Shown: positions 25,430-40,268, numbered from the whole stretch's first letter. The stretch is 62,727 nt of DNA, filler included, from Kipferlia bialata (GCA_003568945.1; 4 parts of 4 records of this genome joined end to end with filler, not necessarily neighbours in it), one strand, 5' to 3'. Notes: generated from the letters alone by a model not told the origin. A program made the numbers and translations.

Positions 25430-26513
25430 AGAGAGAGAGGGAGGGAAGAAGATGTATATATATATAAATCTACTGTACCCAGGCCCACAACAGTGCCCTG
25501 CGGTGAAGATGGGATATGCATTTAGGGATAAGGGGGGGGGAGAGAGAGAGAGGGAGAGAGAATTGTATGTCTATACCTTTATTCTCCTTGCTGGTGCTGT
25601 GGCTGTGTCCCAGTGGGCAAGGGTCTCTCTGGAGGGTCAGAACAAATGAATATCCATTCTCTCTCTCTCTATACACATATAGTTCATACCTTGTGAATGT
25701 GCTGAGGGATGGGAAGGGCAGGTGCTGCATGGATGGCTCAAACTCAACATCATCGGGGATGGCTGGGGGGTTAGAGTGGGATATCTTTGGTTATGAGGTG
25801 GACGAGTGTGTAATTGTAGGGGAGTAGGGGGGGGGGGTATATCAACTTGCAAATACTACCCAGCATCGCCTGTGCATTAACAGTGGACTATATATGATGG
25901 TACAAGTGAAAGAAGGGTAGGATACGATATGGACACTTCTCATTATGTCTCACCTCTAGGCCTTGGGATGCCTGGGTGTGCTGTCTCTGTCACCCTGCCC
26001 TGAAGGGCAAGTGTCTCTGACACAAGAGCTAGGTGTGAGGAGAAGAAGTCAAACACCATACGAGAGCAGACCAGCCATAGGGAGAGGCATTGAGTAAGGG
26101 TCTGATATACATGCATGTACGTATGAGAATACTTGACATCAGGCAACAGAGAGCTAGGGTAATGTACATGTATATGCCTGGGGCCATATACAGCTGCTAC
26201 GGACCTACCACCACACTATATGGGTGTATATGAATTGAAGAGAGGAATACCCACCTGCGGTCTCATCGGCCAGAGCCTTGTACGCCACAGACACTGCACT
26301 CTTGGGGTTCTGGGTGAACACAGAGTGGGCCTTAGTGGCTGGGAGGCGGTTCATGGCATCCAGCACGCTCTGGAACTTGATCCTAGCCTCAAAAACACTG
26401 CTTCCAATCTCTCTCTGGGCCGATATGCCCCTTCCCTCGTCTGCCAGGCTCACCTGGGCCTGGAATATGGACTCAATGCCCATTGGGGCATCCGACTCCG
26501 ACCCTTCTGACAT
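25068..26513 (-). CDS. AATF: AATF/Che-1/Bfr2 ribosome-biogenesis factor, 3'-partial (TRAUB domain cut off at contig edge)
   Basis: ADEGRGISAQREIGSSVFEARIKFQSVLDAMNRLP matches the KGxAVKxQ...RIKLQK...NQLP motif. Later ETLAHWD...VEHLDYVLSDRPRLVGRTHRNR matches the TLxKW...IDHILMDKERLLRRT motif. Confidence 0.75.
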
Positions 26514-26824
26514 AGCGCTCTCTATATGCCGGGATAGGTGCTCAAGAACGATATGATCAAAGCAGCCTGCGTTTTTGCCTTTAGAAGCTACACCCTTATG
26601 TCATCGTGCTCATAGCCTCGGTCAGGTGTTTCTTCGTGTCCTAGTGTAGCCTACACCAGCGGACAGAACCTGGTACGTGTTGTAATGGGTTGCGTTACTG
26701 TGTGCTGTCCGTGGTAGGGGTGAAGTTGCGTGCAGCGTCAGTAGGATAATGCGCACATAGACTATCTGGTATCCCACCCTTCTCCCCCCACACATACAGG
26801 TTCTTACTAATACGCTTATCCCAG

Positions 26825-26880
26825 CTTCCTTCCGTCCTGTCTTGTCTGTGAGCAGAGAGACGAGCGGATAGGTCGACTGC

Positions 26881-26915
<35 letters not shown>

Positions 26916-27027
26916 GTGACGGTAGCTCCAATGTGGGAGCTGTGTACACAGAGCTGAGGTATATGTGGAATACATATACCTTGTCAATATACTCTATACT
27001 ATATCTTGATCTCTATTTGCATGCGAG

Positions 27028-27073
<46 letters not shown>

Positions 27074-30000
27074 CTCTCTTTTTTCCCCCCCCCCCCCCCC
27101 CCCCCCCCCCCCTTCCTCCTCACTCTACTGCAGTCACATTCAAGAGTTGCCCTCCTTCTGACCCCTAGTATTAAGGCCCCCGAGTTCTTGAGCCTGCAGG
27201 ACCTTATTGCCAGCCACCAGAACAGGACGCCAGAGGGAGCCCTGTCCAGAGACTGGCTCAGGTGAATATACACCATATTCATTACTATGTATACTCAGTC
27301 CCTCTTACCTAACACCCAGGAAGCACTCAGAGGAGATTCCTGCCACTCTGATTGCCCTGTACGCATACGACCCCTTCAGTGAGACACAGCAACAGCTAGG
27401 TGAGAGCTGAAGGTTTCTGATATATACCTCAATATTCAATCTGATCTGAGAGTGACAAGAGGTATTGTCTCTACACATGTATCCTTCCTCACTCTCAGAG
27501 ACACGCATCCTGGCTTCGATGACTGCCATTCACGGTCAAACAGGACCCAGGGGCATCCCAGGTATAAAACTCTAGCCACAATACTCTTTCAACCCTGTTG
27601 CCATATATATATGTACTCACCCCCAGAGTACGTTGTTGTCATGCAGACCCTTCCCAAGGAGGAAGACGCTGAGGCAGCTGTGGAGGGGTCATCAGAGGAC
27701 GCCGCATTCGAAGAGGTGTGTTCATATTTTGTAGTGATGTTGTGTAGAAGAGCATTAGCCACGTGTTGGTAAATGCAGTCTATAGTCTCACGTACTCACG
27801 TCCAGGACGCGAGGGAGGCCGCTGTCCCTGAGGCAGCAGAGACCCCCTTGTCAGCCGTGACTGTATCCATAGGGGAGGAAGTGAGGTACACATCCCTAAT
27901 CTGTCCAACATGTTGTCTCTTTGTATGCATGTATACCAGTGGACCAGTTGTAGGTATCGTGTATATGTATAGGGAGTACATGCCAGCCTCTCACCCCCAG
28001 CTCAGCCGATGCCCCTCTGTCCAGTGTGTCGGACCACTCTGCAGCAGAGCCTAGCGCCACATGTGGGTGGTACACTATGTATATATACTATCATATCACT
28101 GTTACGCCGTGATCTCTGTCTCTTCCTTGCGCCTGCCCTTGGCCTTACCTTCAGCTGTCTCCGACCCCATAGCCAATGAGTACGACTATGACAGCACACT
28201 AATGGGTATGTATGGTGGTATAGTATGCTGGATAGCGTAGAGTATGGCCCCATCAGTGAGAACCCCCCCCTCTCTCATTCCTCAGTGTCTGATGACCTCG
28301 ATAGGGACAGGGACCAGGACTATGCTGCCCCTCCCCCTCCCAGTGTCACAATGTCCAGGGGGGGGATGTCAGGTATGGGTTAGTATATGTGTATTGGTAT
28401 TCAAAAAGTGGGATTTACTCATATATATGCCTCACCCCCAGGCACCAGACCAGACTATGTCCTGTCCTCTCTCAAGAGGGCTCTGTCCAACGTGGCACAC
28501 AAGGTCAGGATTGTCATACCATACCTAGTACTGCTGAGTATGTACATGTACACTGTTGCCTCACCCAGGTTGAGTATGTCCCTCTGTCCGCTGAGCAGCT
28601 GGATGAGCTGGTGGGAGATGCTGAGGGAGAGAGAGAGAGGGACAAGGTGACCATGGGAGGGGCATTCAGGTAGCGGCAGCGGCATTTGTATGAGTGTTTT
28701 ATTGAATGACACCCCAATACTTCCAGTATATGTATTGTTGTTTGACCCACCCCAGACACCTGTTTGAGAGTGTGCAGAACGGTGCCCATGCCTACTACAC
28801 CTCTAAGCTCAAGAGAGAGTCCAAGATCAGAGCCTCTCTGCCCCTAGCTGCCACACCTATCCCTGCGGACAAGAAGGTACATGGAGAGTGTGGTCAAATG
28901 AGTGTATAGGATCTAGATTCTCAGAACATCCCTCTCTCTCCGTCCACCCCCCCCCCCCTATATCTCTCTCTGTTGACCTCAGGGCAAGGACGCCTCCGCC
29001 CAGACAGCCACTCTGGCCCACCTCCACTCCAACATCAAGGGCCTCTACTACGCAGCATTCGCAGGTACAACTATATGTTCATATATAACCTTATGTCGGT
29101 GTCGTGTATATTAATGGGTACTGTAATGTCCCTTGCCTCCTGGCTGGTGTTATATATACCTCTCACCCCAGTGTCCTGTGTGTGGTCCTCTGTCCCAGCC
29201 AACATCCACAACCAGATAGAGTCTGTGGTTCCCAGGGGTAGCGGAAGTGGGTACGTTGAGGTTGAGCCGACTGATACATATGGATATATTGTGAGTTCAA
29301 GTGTCCCATTACTCACTGTTCAGATGGCCCTGGAACCCACCCACAGCCACCCTGCTGACAGAGAGGGAGAGAGAGAGAATGAGACAGTCCCACAACAGGT
29401 GCGTTGTGTTGATTCACACCAATGCGTATCTCTAGTGACTCTTCTATCTCCTCTGTGTCACCCTCACCCCTTCAGAGGTCTCAAGTTCCTAGTCGCTGCC
29501 TCCTTTGACAAGCTGGGCCAGAGACACAGGAACCTGCAGCGGAGCCTGTCCCACTTCAGCATAGAGGTCAACAGGTATACTCAGTCATATGCCTCTATGA
29601 TCTCTTATTACTATCCGTTGCTAGACGTCCTTTGAAGTCTCACCCCAAGGGTCCAGGGCACTGCTGAAAACATCCTTCGGTACCAGTCCTCAACAGGGTA
29701 AGAGCGTGTGGTATTATATCGTATGCATGTCTACTAGTGATCCCCTCTCACCTCCCAGTGTGTTTGAGTCCTTCCTGTTCCTGTCCTGCTGCTGTCTGTT
29801 GAGGGCATCTGCCGTGGCAGCATCGGTCAAGCTCAACGAGCTACTGAACCAGGTATGGTCATGAATTGGTGTCTATATCAGACTTATGAACCATCTTAGC
29901 GTTGCCTGTTTAGGCCAGTACTCACTCTCAGGCCACACTGATAGACCAAGATACCAGAATCAAGCTGGTGCTGGATGGTACTCTTCTGGCAGGGCAGCCT

Positions 30001-33000
30001 CTCATTAGGTACCCACAAACCTATTAGTTGTTGGCCAACACCTATTATCGCTATATATATATGTTGACCAACATACTATTGCTTTTCTTTTTTTTTCTCT
30101 CTCACATCCAGGTGCATCCACCTGACCAAGGGCCTCATTGGGCTCAGTGACCCATCACGCACATTCTCCCACTCCTCTCTCCACGGAGCCGTCTACGCTC
30201 TGTTGCAGACTGGCGTGGCAAAGGTATGGTAGAGCATCCCTGGTTACTCATGTCCAGTTGTATTCTCTCTCTGACCCCAGTGTCTGCACACCCTGGCCAA
30301 CATCCTGTCGTCATCTGTCCTCCCCCTCTGTGATCAGCGTCGCATTGTTGACCAGACCAGACCCACCAAGACCGCTGGAGACTTCACCCCCCTCGAGATG
30401 GGTAGGGTGGGGCTGTCTGAGATGGTATCTATGGCAGAGACACTTTGCCAAGGGGGGGCTGGACCCTCAATGAAGAACTCAGAGACAGCCAGGCACCTCT
30501 GGCTGCTGTACAGGTATGGGGTGGTGTGTGGTCCGCTTATATATCATTTGTATTACATCCTGACCCTAGCGAGGCTGCTACCTACTACAAGACGTCCCTG
30601 GGTAGACTGCTGGCCAGTGCCGCCGCCTACAAGGACAGTCAGGTACTCAGACATATGGAGTGTGGGAGTGAATGGATGACTGCGACATTCCAATCTATGT
30701 GTATATATATATACAAGGTTGTCTCACTGTCAGGACCCCTCCCAGGACCACTCCAGGGTCCTGGCTGTCACACCCCAGTGGTCTCCAAAGTGGACACCCA
30801 CAGGTACATGTAGATATGTACATCGTTACGAGGGGGTAAATATTTTGATACTCTTTTGAATTGTGTCTATTCTTACCTCAGTGATCGGCTCCCAGGACAG
30901 CAAGGAGACCACTGGCGTTCAGGTATCTAGATATCTCGATGGGACATACGTTAATATCATGTACCCACTCCCCTCTCATCCTAGTATGTGGGTGCCGAGG
31001 ACCGCACAGCTGGTATCCTGGTGGGGGCTGTGCTGGACGCTGACACAGGTGAGTGATTGTGGATGGGTTGCTATAATGCTGGGGCATTACCCCTCTCACC
31101 CCTCTCACCCCTTCAGAGGAGTACTCCCACATGCTGGACCAGTTCCAGCTCTGCTCCGCCAGTGCCGTCCTCATGGCCATGCTCACATCACCCCGCACCA
31201 CTGTCCCACCCTCCACAACTGGGTCCCTACCCGCTGCAGGCACCACCGAGATGCTCTTTGCCAGACTCAGTATGGCCAGACACTGGATGCATGCCAAGGT
31301 CGAGGACCACCACTTGGCATCCCCGTGGCCAGAGATGCAGTGCGCACTGCAGGTGGGGGATTCCTGGATTTATATTTATGTATGAATACACGTCCATGAG
31401 AACCAGGCTGTTGTTTTTCTCTCACCCCAGGAGCTTGTCCCCCTGCATGTATCCATTGGGTGCAGGTGCACTCCTGCGGCTGGGGATGTGGCTGGGGATG
31501 AGCTGCTGCCCTCTCATAAGGACACCCTGGCCGCAGACATCAGGGTGTTCCTGGCACAGGTACAGTATGTTACATGGTCTATCTAGTGTCATATTGTGAT
31601 ACCCCGCTGCATATCCTCACCCCAGGCCCCCCCTGCCCTGTCTCTGGCCATGCACTCCCTCGACACGTTCACACTCACAGCGCACAGACGGTACGGGGGT
31701 TCAGTTCATACATACATATTCAGATATGTTTGATGATGCTTCTAAGTCCCTCCTCTTCTCACTCCCAGGGTGGCCCTTCTGGAGCGCCTAGCTGTTGTAG
31801 TGGAGACTAAGTGCTCTGCTGAGTCGCCCTCTGTTGATGCTGACAGGGCCGTGTCACTGGACACCATGCGCTCTGTCCTGAGCACTGCAGTCACACATGT
31901 ATACTCCATCCTATCAGTGGTCGCCCTGGCAGCTGCAAGGAGGTCTCCATTCACCCTCCTTGGAAACAGAGTCCCAGCTGGGTATGTGTGGTACAGCAAT
32001 ACAGGATTAGAACTCTATTTAGTGTTGGTTCTGACACCCAGGTCTGCCGTTAAGCTCTCTTCTGCGGCTAAGGAGAGTATCCAGCACATACTCCGGATAC
32101 ACACTTCGCTTACAGGTAAATGTCCCTTAGTTCTCTTGGCTAAAGATTGATTCTCCATCAGTAATTGTGCCATTACCCTCCGCCCCCACCACAGGCGAAG
32201 GTGCCACCGCTGCTACTGGCTCCCCAGTCTCTCTTCCACTGGTACTGGCTCCCTCTGCCCTCCCCTTAAGACTCTCCTGGGCCCCAACAGAGAGCAAGGG
32301 AAGTGCGACGTCTACCGGTACCTCGTGCTCTGCCCCTCTCTGCTACACCCCTGATGCCCACCTGGACAGAGTGATGCAGAGGGTGGGGGGTATAGACACA
32401 GAGGGGGCGCACATCTTGCAGCCATCCCAGTGTGGCAAGCTCCACGGGCCCCAGGTGCCTGCTAGGGGGGCGTCTGCCATGACAGGTGGGTAGAGGGGTG
32501 TGGCCACTATGACTGCACTACATGTATATCTTCTCTCACATCAGGCGACACTGTCTCTCTGTCTGTCTCTGGACACCTGCCGGGCATGGCATCGCTCAAG
32601 GTCAGACACACTAGACACTGTACACACCTCTCTCTCTCTCTTTATATCTCTTTGATATAGAGAGTCTCACCCCAGGAGCTCCTGTCCACCCCTGACCAGC
32701 CCCTCTCTGCATCGCTCTCTGTCCCCCTGTCTGTGTCCATGGCCCAGTGGCAGTGGAGCGGGGAGGTACCACATACATACACTTGATGTTGATGGTATGC
32801 ATACCTGTATTGGTGTATATACGATGGTATCCCATCATCATACAGTGTACTGACTGTAGGAGTTTGTCCAGAAGTGGCGCAAGTTCACTCCGATCAACCC
32901 CGGGATGGACACCCCCCCTGCCCTCACTACCCAGTCTACACTGTCTCTGACACACCTCAGGGAGAAGGAGAGAGAGGCTGAGAAGGTACATACTTGTCGT

Positions 33001-35969
33001 CTTCGGATGCAAGTAATAGCGTATGTGACGTGTCGTGTAATGCACTAACCCCAGGCTGCCGGTCTTACATGGCAGACCGTGGGAAGGGTCACACTGGAGG
33101 GTAGGGTCTCGACAATCGATGGAGAGAGCGACTCTGACCTCTCGTCGCGTGTGCTGCAGTCCCTGTCCCTCACCCGGGAGGCCCTCTCTGTCTCTATGCC
33201 CTCTGACTCATCCGCCACCTTCCCAGGCTGCTGCTTCAGACTGACCCCCTCCTCAGCCCCTGTCATCACATTCTCCCTCCCCTCTGGGCCTGTCTTCTCC
33301 ATGGAACTCTCGGGGTCTCAGCCTGCTGTGCCCTCTCTGGATGTCCTGCCAGCCCTGGCATACTCTACAGGTATGGGATATGGAGTTACACCCATTCGTA
33401 TCTTGTATAAATGACTCTCGCTCAACTCCAGGTTACCTTGTGTCCCCCTCATCAGCCTCTGCTGTCAAGGGGCCAGGGTCCCTTGGCGCCAGTATCAGGT
33501 AGAGCGAACACCGGACCAGTGTATGTGTTTGATATCTCAAACCTACTAACCCACAGGGGTAGCAAGAGATTTGTGCAGCCTGCGGGTTCCTGCACCTCTG
33601 CTCTTCTCTCCCTCTGCGTCCCACCCATTGCATCCACCATCTCTGCTGATGAGGATACCCCCTCAGAGCCTGTGTCTAACCCGCCCTGTCTGCTGGTGGT
33701 GGCTGCCAAGTCTAACGAGTCGGCCCAGGTACTGTGCGCTGTTCTCTCTCTCTCTTTCTTTCCATCTCACCACCACATCTCACACCAGGATGTGCCACGT
33801 GTGTCAGGTAGCCTTGTGGGTGAGGACGGGTCCCGTCTGTCTCTGTTCCCGGAGGCCGACTCCTCGGTCAAGTTTGTGGACACACTCGTCAACCCCACAG
33901 ACTCGGGGGATATCGACAGGTACTATTTTGAGTCTACTTTGGTTTCCTGTGACCCTATTCCTGTTACTTATCCCACCCTTAGGTTGATGCTACTGAGAAG
34001 TGGTGCAACCTGTACCGTTGGGTTCCGCGCCTTCCTCGTTGCCCCCCATGCACCTGTCTTCCTCAGCCTGGCAGCCAACTTTGTGTTTATCCCTCCTTTC
34101 AAGACCAGCGTTCTCCAGGTATGAATGTGTAGCGTTAGAGAGCATTCCCTGTTTTCTTCTCTTTCCTGACACTCACTCCTCAGGTTCCTGGTCTTCTCTC
34201 CCCCTCTCTGCGTCAGGACATCATCAAGGTGTCCAACAACGTGGCCCAGGTATAGTCTGATGGTTTTCTCTTGTGAATTTCGGTTGCTGTTTAACGCTGA
34301 CCCCAGACCCTTGGCTCCCCTCAGACCCCTGTCCACGAGGAGGCAACATCTAGTAGACTGGTGGACCCAGTCAGATACACCACAAAGCCGCTAGGTACGT
34401 ACGCCACTTCGCTATTGATAACGGACGTGTTTGTTCTGACCCCAGGTGTCCAGCTGTTGGTTTCCCTTGGAGATGAGACTCCTGGGACACGCGGTGTGTT
34501 CAGTTACAATGGAAAGTCGCCCTATCTGCTCCCAGGACTTGGGAAGAGCAAGTACGGCGTCATTTTTCATCCCTTTTCGCACTAGTATCCACTCCTCTCC
34601 TTCCAACCGCAGGTCTGGTCTCGATGACTCTCGGTTCGTGACCCCTACTGAGATCACCAGTCTCTCTGCCGGCACAGCTGGGGAGGAGAGTACTGCTGCT
34701 AACCTCGCCCTTGTTGGCGGAGAGCCCCTGGTCTCAGCCCGTACCATGGTGGGCACAGGCTCAGACCCAGGTATTGGTTCTACACGATATGGTTGGTACT
34801 TTAGGCTACGTACTATGCACTATGTTTATGCCTAATACCAGTTGGCAAGTTCCTTGTCAAGTGCGATGCCGACTTCTTCAAGGGAGAGGGAGACACAGAG
34901 GGAGAAGATAGTGAGAAGGGTCGGGAGTCTGTTCCACCTGTTAAGCCTCAGGACCCCAGGATGCCCTACCAGTTACAGTATCCATTCATGCCACAGGTTG
35001 GGATGCACGGTGTATTATTATCTAGCATTTGGTGTCCACACTTAGTCTACTCCCAGAGCAAGACTCCGTCCCCCAAGCCCTTGTTCGATGTTGGCTACAC
35101 TTTGCCTTCCCTTCGTACTGCCGCAGCCCTCGTCGGTGCCCTGCACCCCTCTCTCAAGGCAGAGTGCGGTGATGAGGGAAGGATCCAGGTGAGTCAAGGT
35201 CACGATGATGTATGTAGATAGGCACAATATTGTGATGTCTCATTTCCAGGTTCTGGCCACCCCACATGCCAGCGTTGATCAGACGCCGTCTTCCAAGGGT
35301 GTAGAGAGAACTGATGTGGAGATTGGAGTGGAGTTTGGAGAGCTTCCGGAGAGGATTCACGTCCATGACACATTCACACTCGAAGTGACACTGACATGTA
35401 AGGTGGGGGTTGGCGGGAGTTCTGAGTGTGTCCAATTGTCACTGACTCTGATACTAAATGGATGTGTGTACTGACCCTCACCCTCAGGGCCTGCCTGCCC
35501 CAAGGCAGTACAGCATGGTGGTGGATGACCCCAGTGGGCACCTGCGTGTGTCAGGGGCCAAGGCTAGGTACTGGGGCGTTGTTTATTCTGGCAGATAGAT
35601 ATGTTTGACGGTTACATGTGCTTGTGGGATACGACTCACCCTCCAGACTTGTGACCCTGACCCCGTATACCCCATCCTACACTGCATGCATACACGTGTC
35701 CCCTGTGGTGCAGGGTGTCATACCTCTGCCAGTTGTGCATGTACAGTCCATCCTGCCCGCCGCTGACCTCATGCTAGATGACGAGGTGGGTGGCTACTAC
35801 TGAAGCTCTAGTCTGATACGTTATATGTATGTATCGATTCCCTCACTGACAGGATGTGGAGCTTGAGGATGAAATGGCAGTCGAGGGAGTGGCATTTAGG
35901 ACCTACGGGGCCTTCAACCAGCCCCCTAGAAGGGGAGAGGGAGTGGCCAGAAGCATCTTTGTGATCTGA
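26825..35969 (+). CDS. TRAPPC11: TRAPP complex subunit 11 (gryzun/foie gras); start codon uncertain
   Basis: PEGALSRDWLRKHSEEIPATLIALY (cf. PKGILKxxWMNKH...PALVVVFY); GAHAYYTSKLKRESK; C-terminal gryzun Ig-like LPERIHVHDTFTLEVTL...VSPVVQGVIPLPVVHVQ; stop TGA 35967-35969. Confidence 0.7.
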
Positions 35970-36550
35970 TTCAGTTAGTTTAGTGTCGAGAGGTTGTTGT
36001 CAATAGAGACTGCTATTTGTGTGCTGTAACGTTCTGCTGGTGTCTCCGAAATTTGGAGTCCGAATGGGACTCTACTATTCACCATCTTGGAGTCTCTGTG
36101 CCCTACAGTGTAGGCCAATACTGTATCATTGACTGCCGGTCTTCCTTGCTCTGATACCCACCCACCCACGTGAGGATTCTGAGGTGGACTGTCAAAGATG
36201 ACTCAAGCTACATATTCCTCTTAGCAGTGCTAAGTTAGCACCCATGTAGCTTTCATATGTCACATATGAATCTTATGTGTCTTCCACCTAATATGTGCTA
36301 TGACATCTACAGTAAATTCTACCACACACATCACATCCAACCATAGTCCTAAGCCACAGACAAGGCTATTAGTACGTTGCGCTAAACACTATTCAGTTAA
36401 TACTATTAACTAAATAGCATGGATGACACCAGTATTACTACTCTATTAGTAAAGCTCTTTTGTCCAACTTGAACTCTGACAACAAAGCGCCGTCGCTATG
36501 TGACAAGAACTGTTCCCATCTGGGATGGTCCATTCTCCACCCCGAGTGAA

Positions 36551-38277
36551 TCACTCCCATACAAACACCTCCAGTCTCATGGCTGGGTGGCCTCTGTACT
36601 GACGCACCACCACTCTCATCTGGGGGTTAGGTCTCCAATAGGTTCCCATCGCACAAGGCAACTGTTGTACAGAGGAAAGATGTTCGTGGGATAAGTGGAG
36701 GACAAGTCCTAGTTCATTGTGGGACTGACTCCAGAAATGAATTACTGTATATATTAGTCATGTGTTGCATCATACAGTATTATACGCCAGACTACATGGA
36801 CCACTTACGGTACGTGCCGTACCTGCTTGACCACCACAGGCCTCGCCAGTGCATGCAGCACAGCAGTGGTGTGATCGTGGTTGCCATCATATATTGGGCA
36901 TGTCTTGTCGACGGGTACCCACTGCCGTGTCTGAGTGTAAGGATAGGGAAACAGGTTATATTTCTATGGTCATTTCAGACAACGACTGTTCCAAACCACA
37001 ATACTGATACCTCGGGCACATATGTCTCTATGGCCAGCTTCTCTGTCCTGTGGTCACAGCACTGTCTGCCCATGGTGGCTACCCCTACAAGGGCAACGGG
37101 CCTCTCAAATGTGAATGAGATATACTCTCCCTCCTTCCTCTCCAAAGCCTTCCAGCAAGCTACGATGTCCGCATGGTGATAGAGAGAGAAGCTGTTGACA
37201 AAGTCCCGGTTGTCATTGTAGCATGCAGAGGAGAACCCTACACGGGCTGCATTGTCCTCGACTGTCTGATGTCAATATATATGAGTCGTACGTCGTAAAA
37301 TTCACAGCATAACACCGGACCCAAGAACACTTCGGAAGTGTTCTGGAAGTGACTTCCACATTAACAGATATGAATAGACACCTGGACGATGTGCCTCCCT
37401 GGGTACCACCCCTCCATCTTGTGGAGACAGTCAGAGGCCGCAGATGCACCTGTGGAGAGATGTCAGTACTATGTAGCATGAATCCACTCTTCAGTACAAT
37501 AGTACTGCAATTTGCAGTGCAATGACTCTACCTGTGAAGCAGACCCTGGTGTATGTGGAAATCCCACCCACGTTGCCCCCGACCATCTGACCTCTTGCAT
37601 CCTGTACCTGGGGAACCTGGCCACAGGGGATTGCTTCCTCCACTGCCGCCAACTTGGAAAGCACTGTCTGAAGCTGAGTCTGCAACTGCTCATTGATTCT
37701 CTGCTGTCTCATGTTGGCCTGGGCCTGGTGTTAGACTCTAACTCATTCGGTCCAAGTTGGACTCCAACTAAATACATATCATATGTATGTAACATATGTG
37801 TGAGTATACTAGTAAGTGATAAATTCTCTCCTCCAGAGCTGTATTGATGATATACACTCTCGACTGGCTAGAGTCCAAACCCCAATACAGTGTCCTCCAC
37901 ACTGTGGAGTTCTCAGATACAAATAATTGTATGCTACAGACGAGAAAGGGTCTTCTATAAGGACTCTAGCGATCAGAGTGCCCATTACTATGAGCTATAC
38001 GATAAGGCTTGACCTTGACAAGTCTACAGTATAGCTACACGGTACTGGAATACATGTTATCCACTCCCATAGGTCACTAGAAGCATACTATAGGAGACAT
38101 ATATGAACATACCATGCTCATGACCAGGCTGTTCAGGTCCTCAACCTTCTTGGCCAGTGCCTGCTCCCTGGCTGTGGGATCTGACCCATCATACTCGGGA
38201 GGCACATTGGTCATGAGACCGACGTTGTCAAGGTGGGTTGGCTCTGCACGCATGATTTCTCCGTCATTCTCAGGCAT
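36551..38277 (-). CDS. Coiled-coil protein with C-terminal F5/8 type C (discoidin) domain
   Basis: ACWKALERKEGEYISFTFERPVALVGVATMGRQ...IYDGNHDHTTAVLHALARPVVVKQMRVVVRQYRGHPAMRLEVFVWE*; N-terminal heptads LAKKVEDLNSLV and INEQLQTQLQTVL. Confidence 0.75.
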
Positions 38278-38469
38278 TGTCTTGTGATAGCAGTTTCCAG
38301 GGGAATAGAAAGAGTGGCAGTGTGACTGTGACCAGTAACAGAGACTGCACCCCTAGCGCAAAAAGTATTTCCACACCCTTTTGAACAAAAAACAGTTTTT
38401 TGTGACGACCACCTGATAAGGGGCCAGGTGTGCGCTCGAGCTTCCGGCTGTCTAGGTCTGTGTGACGTG
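38278..38469. promoter_or_regulatory. Short divergent, probably bidirectional promoter region
   Basis: 192 nt between head-to-head ATGs, with A/T tracts; inferred from geometry only. Confidence 0.4.
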
Positions 38470-40206
38470 ATGAACCCTAACCAGCTGCTCGGAATCCTCC
38501 AGGCTGCGGCCGGTGGTCAGCAGAGTACGTGTGAGACGTTTTGGCTGTGTTGTGGTGTCTGTTGTCCTCCGGGAGTATAACTATGTCCTATACTCGTCCT
38601 CTACGCATCTTACCCAAGGTGAGGCAGGCAGCCAGGCTCTTGCATCCCTCACAGCGGCCAGGACCAATGATTTCGTACGTTATTATTCTCTTTCAAAAGT
38701 TTTCGCCTGTAATCTTCTTGCGGCAGTTGAGTTGACGTCGCGGCTATTTGTTGTATTGACCGCGGATGGGAGCGTATATGGTTATTGGTCACCCAGTTGT
38801 TGATGTGGTGGATTGGTGGGGATGTGGCTGTGTTTGTCGTCTGATTACTTCTTTCACATTTCGCTATGCACCTTCCATGATACTCCTCCTGACATCCATT
38901 ACCAGTGTGTTTTTACAGTGTTGTGTGTCTTGACTGTTTTGTTCTTGTGCTGATCACATTAGAGTGATAGTAATCAGTGTTTCTATGTTTCATCGTTGTC
39001 ACTCATGTCCCTATGATGTATACTGTTTCGTACTACTGCCATTCCTTTTCCTGCCCCTCACCCCCCAGCCGAACCTGGTCAGCTCCCTGGCCGACATCAT
39101 CGGATCTCCTCAGGCACACATCCAGATGAGGCAGCTGGCCTGTCTGGAGCTCAAGAACACAGTCAGGAGCCACTCCAAGAAGAGGTATGAATCTCTTGGT
39201 TTATCCCTTGTTCATGTGGCATATGACCATTGTATATACTTCAGTACACCACAGTGAGTCATAGCCCCCCCCCCCTCCCTCTTCAATTTAATCCCACTAC
39301 CTGGTCCCTCCCCCTCACCCCAGGCTCAACTCCATGGCTGCCCGGTGGCTCAGTCTGCCCCAGGAGCTCAGGGAGAAGGCCAAGGCCGTGCTGCTGCAGG
39401 TGGGTCACGGTTATAGTATATATCTTCATTTGTTACGTTACTTACTATTCACCGTACACCTCATCAACTCGGATGTCCCCTATGACCTCTCTGATACCAG
39501 GCCCTTGGTGCCCCCGAGGCCCCCATTTCTACAGCAGCCTCATACGCTGTGGCCCAGATTGCTCTCATTGAGATCCCAAGGTAATATGCTCTGTGCACTC
39601 TCTCTCTATTTAGCCATTATTGTTCTCAATCACCATACTACATATTACACCAACCTTTCTCCAATGTCTCCCCGTCTCCCCCCCTCACCCCCAGAGGTGC
39701 CTGGAACAACATCCTGAGTGAGATGTGCAACCAGGCTGCCACCAACCAGTCCCCACACATCAGGTGTGTAATATCCACGGTTATCTCTCTGTGTGTATCT
39801 ATCCCGAGTAATCATTATGTGGATATGTCTAGAGTCTGTCTATGAGTACGTGCCGCCATATCCACCATGTATATATTGATTTGCATGTATATCCACACTC
39901 TCACCCCCCCCCCTCTGTCTCTCACCCCCAGGAGGGCTGCCATGTCCACCGTGACTGAGATCTGCCACGAGCTCTTCTCCAAGGACGGACAGTTCAAGGT
40001 CCCCGACTCAGAGGTATGGGTATCTGCGTATCTATATGTATCTCTCCCCCTCCCCACCCTTCTTCCATCTCTTAGCCTGCGATCTGTTTAGTAAATAACT
40101 CCAACCTTGTTGTTGTATCCCTTATCCCAGGTCAACATTGTGCTCCAGGCTGTGTTTGCCAACATTGACAACCAGAACCTGGCTGGCATGGCCGTCAAGA
40201 CACTAG
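38470..40206 (+). CDS. KPNB1: Importin beta-1 (Kap95), N-terminal part only
   Basis: MRQLACLELKNTV...ARWLSLPQELREKAKAVLLQALG...AASYAVAQIALIEIPRGAWNNIL is the IBN_N domain plus the first HEAT repeats; breaks off at a poly-C run. Confidence 0.85.
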
Positions 40207-40268
40207 GTATATGCACATGGATATATATATATATATATATGGTAATGTATCTGTTCCAAGCAATCCTG

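Noticed and set aside
24801..26513. Same-strand gene beyond the gap as the missing 5' end of the transcarboxylase
   Set aside because: It carries AATF/Bfr2 motifs and none of the AccD motifs (GGSMG, SGGARMQE).
27028..27112. Poly-C run in the TRAPPC11 5' region as another misjoin
   Set aside because: The flanking exons join in phase (TELS-IKAPEF), so there is no positive evidence, though a chance phase match is possible.
26912..27282. Poly-Pro/poly-Gly ORFs (also 5689, 6465, 40107, 40487, 49500) and YIYI/SLSL ORFs
   Set aside because: Translations of intronic homopolymers and (TA)n/(CT)n microsatellites.
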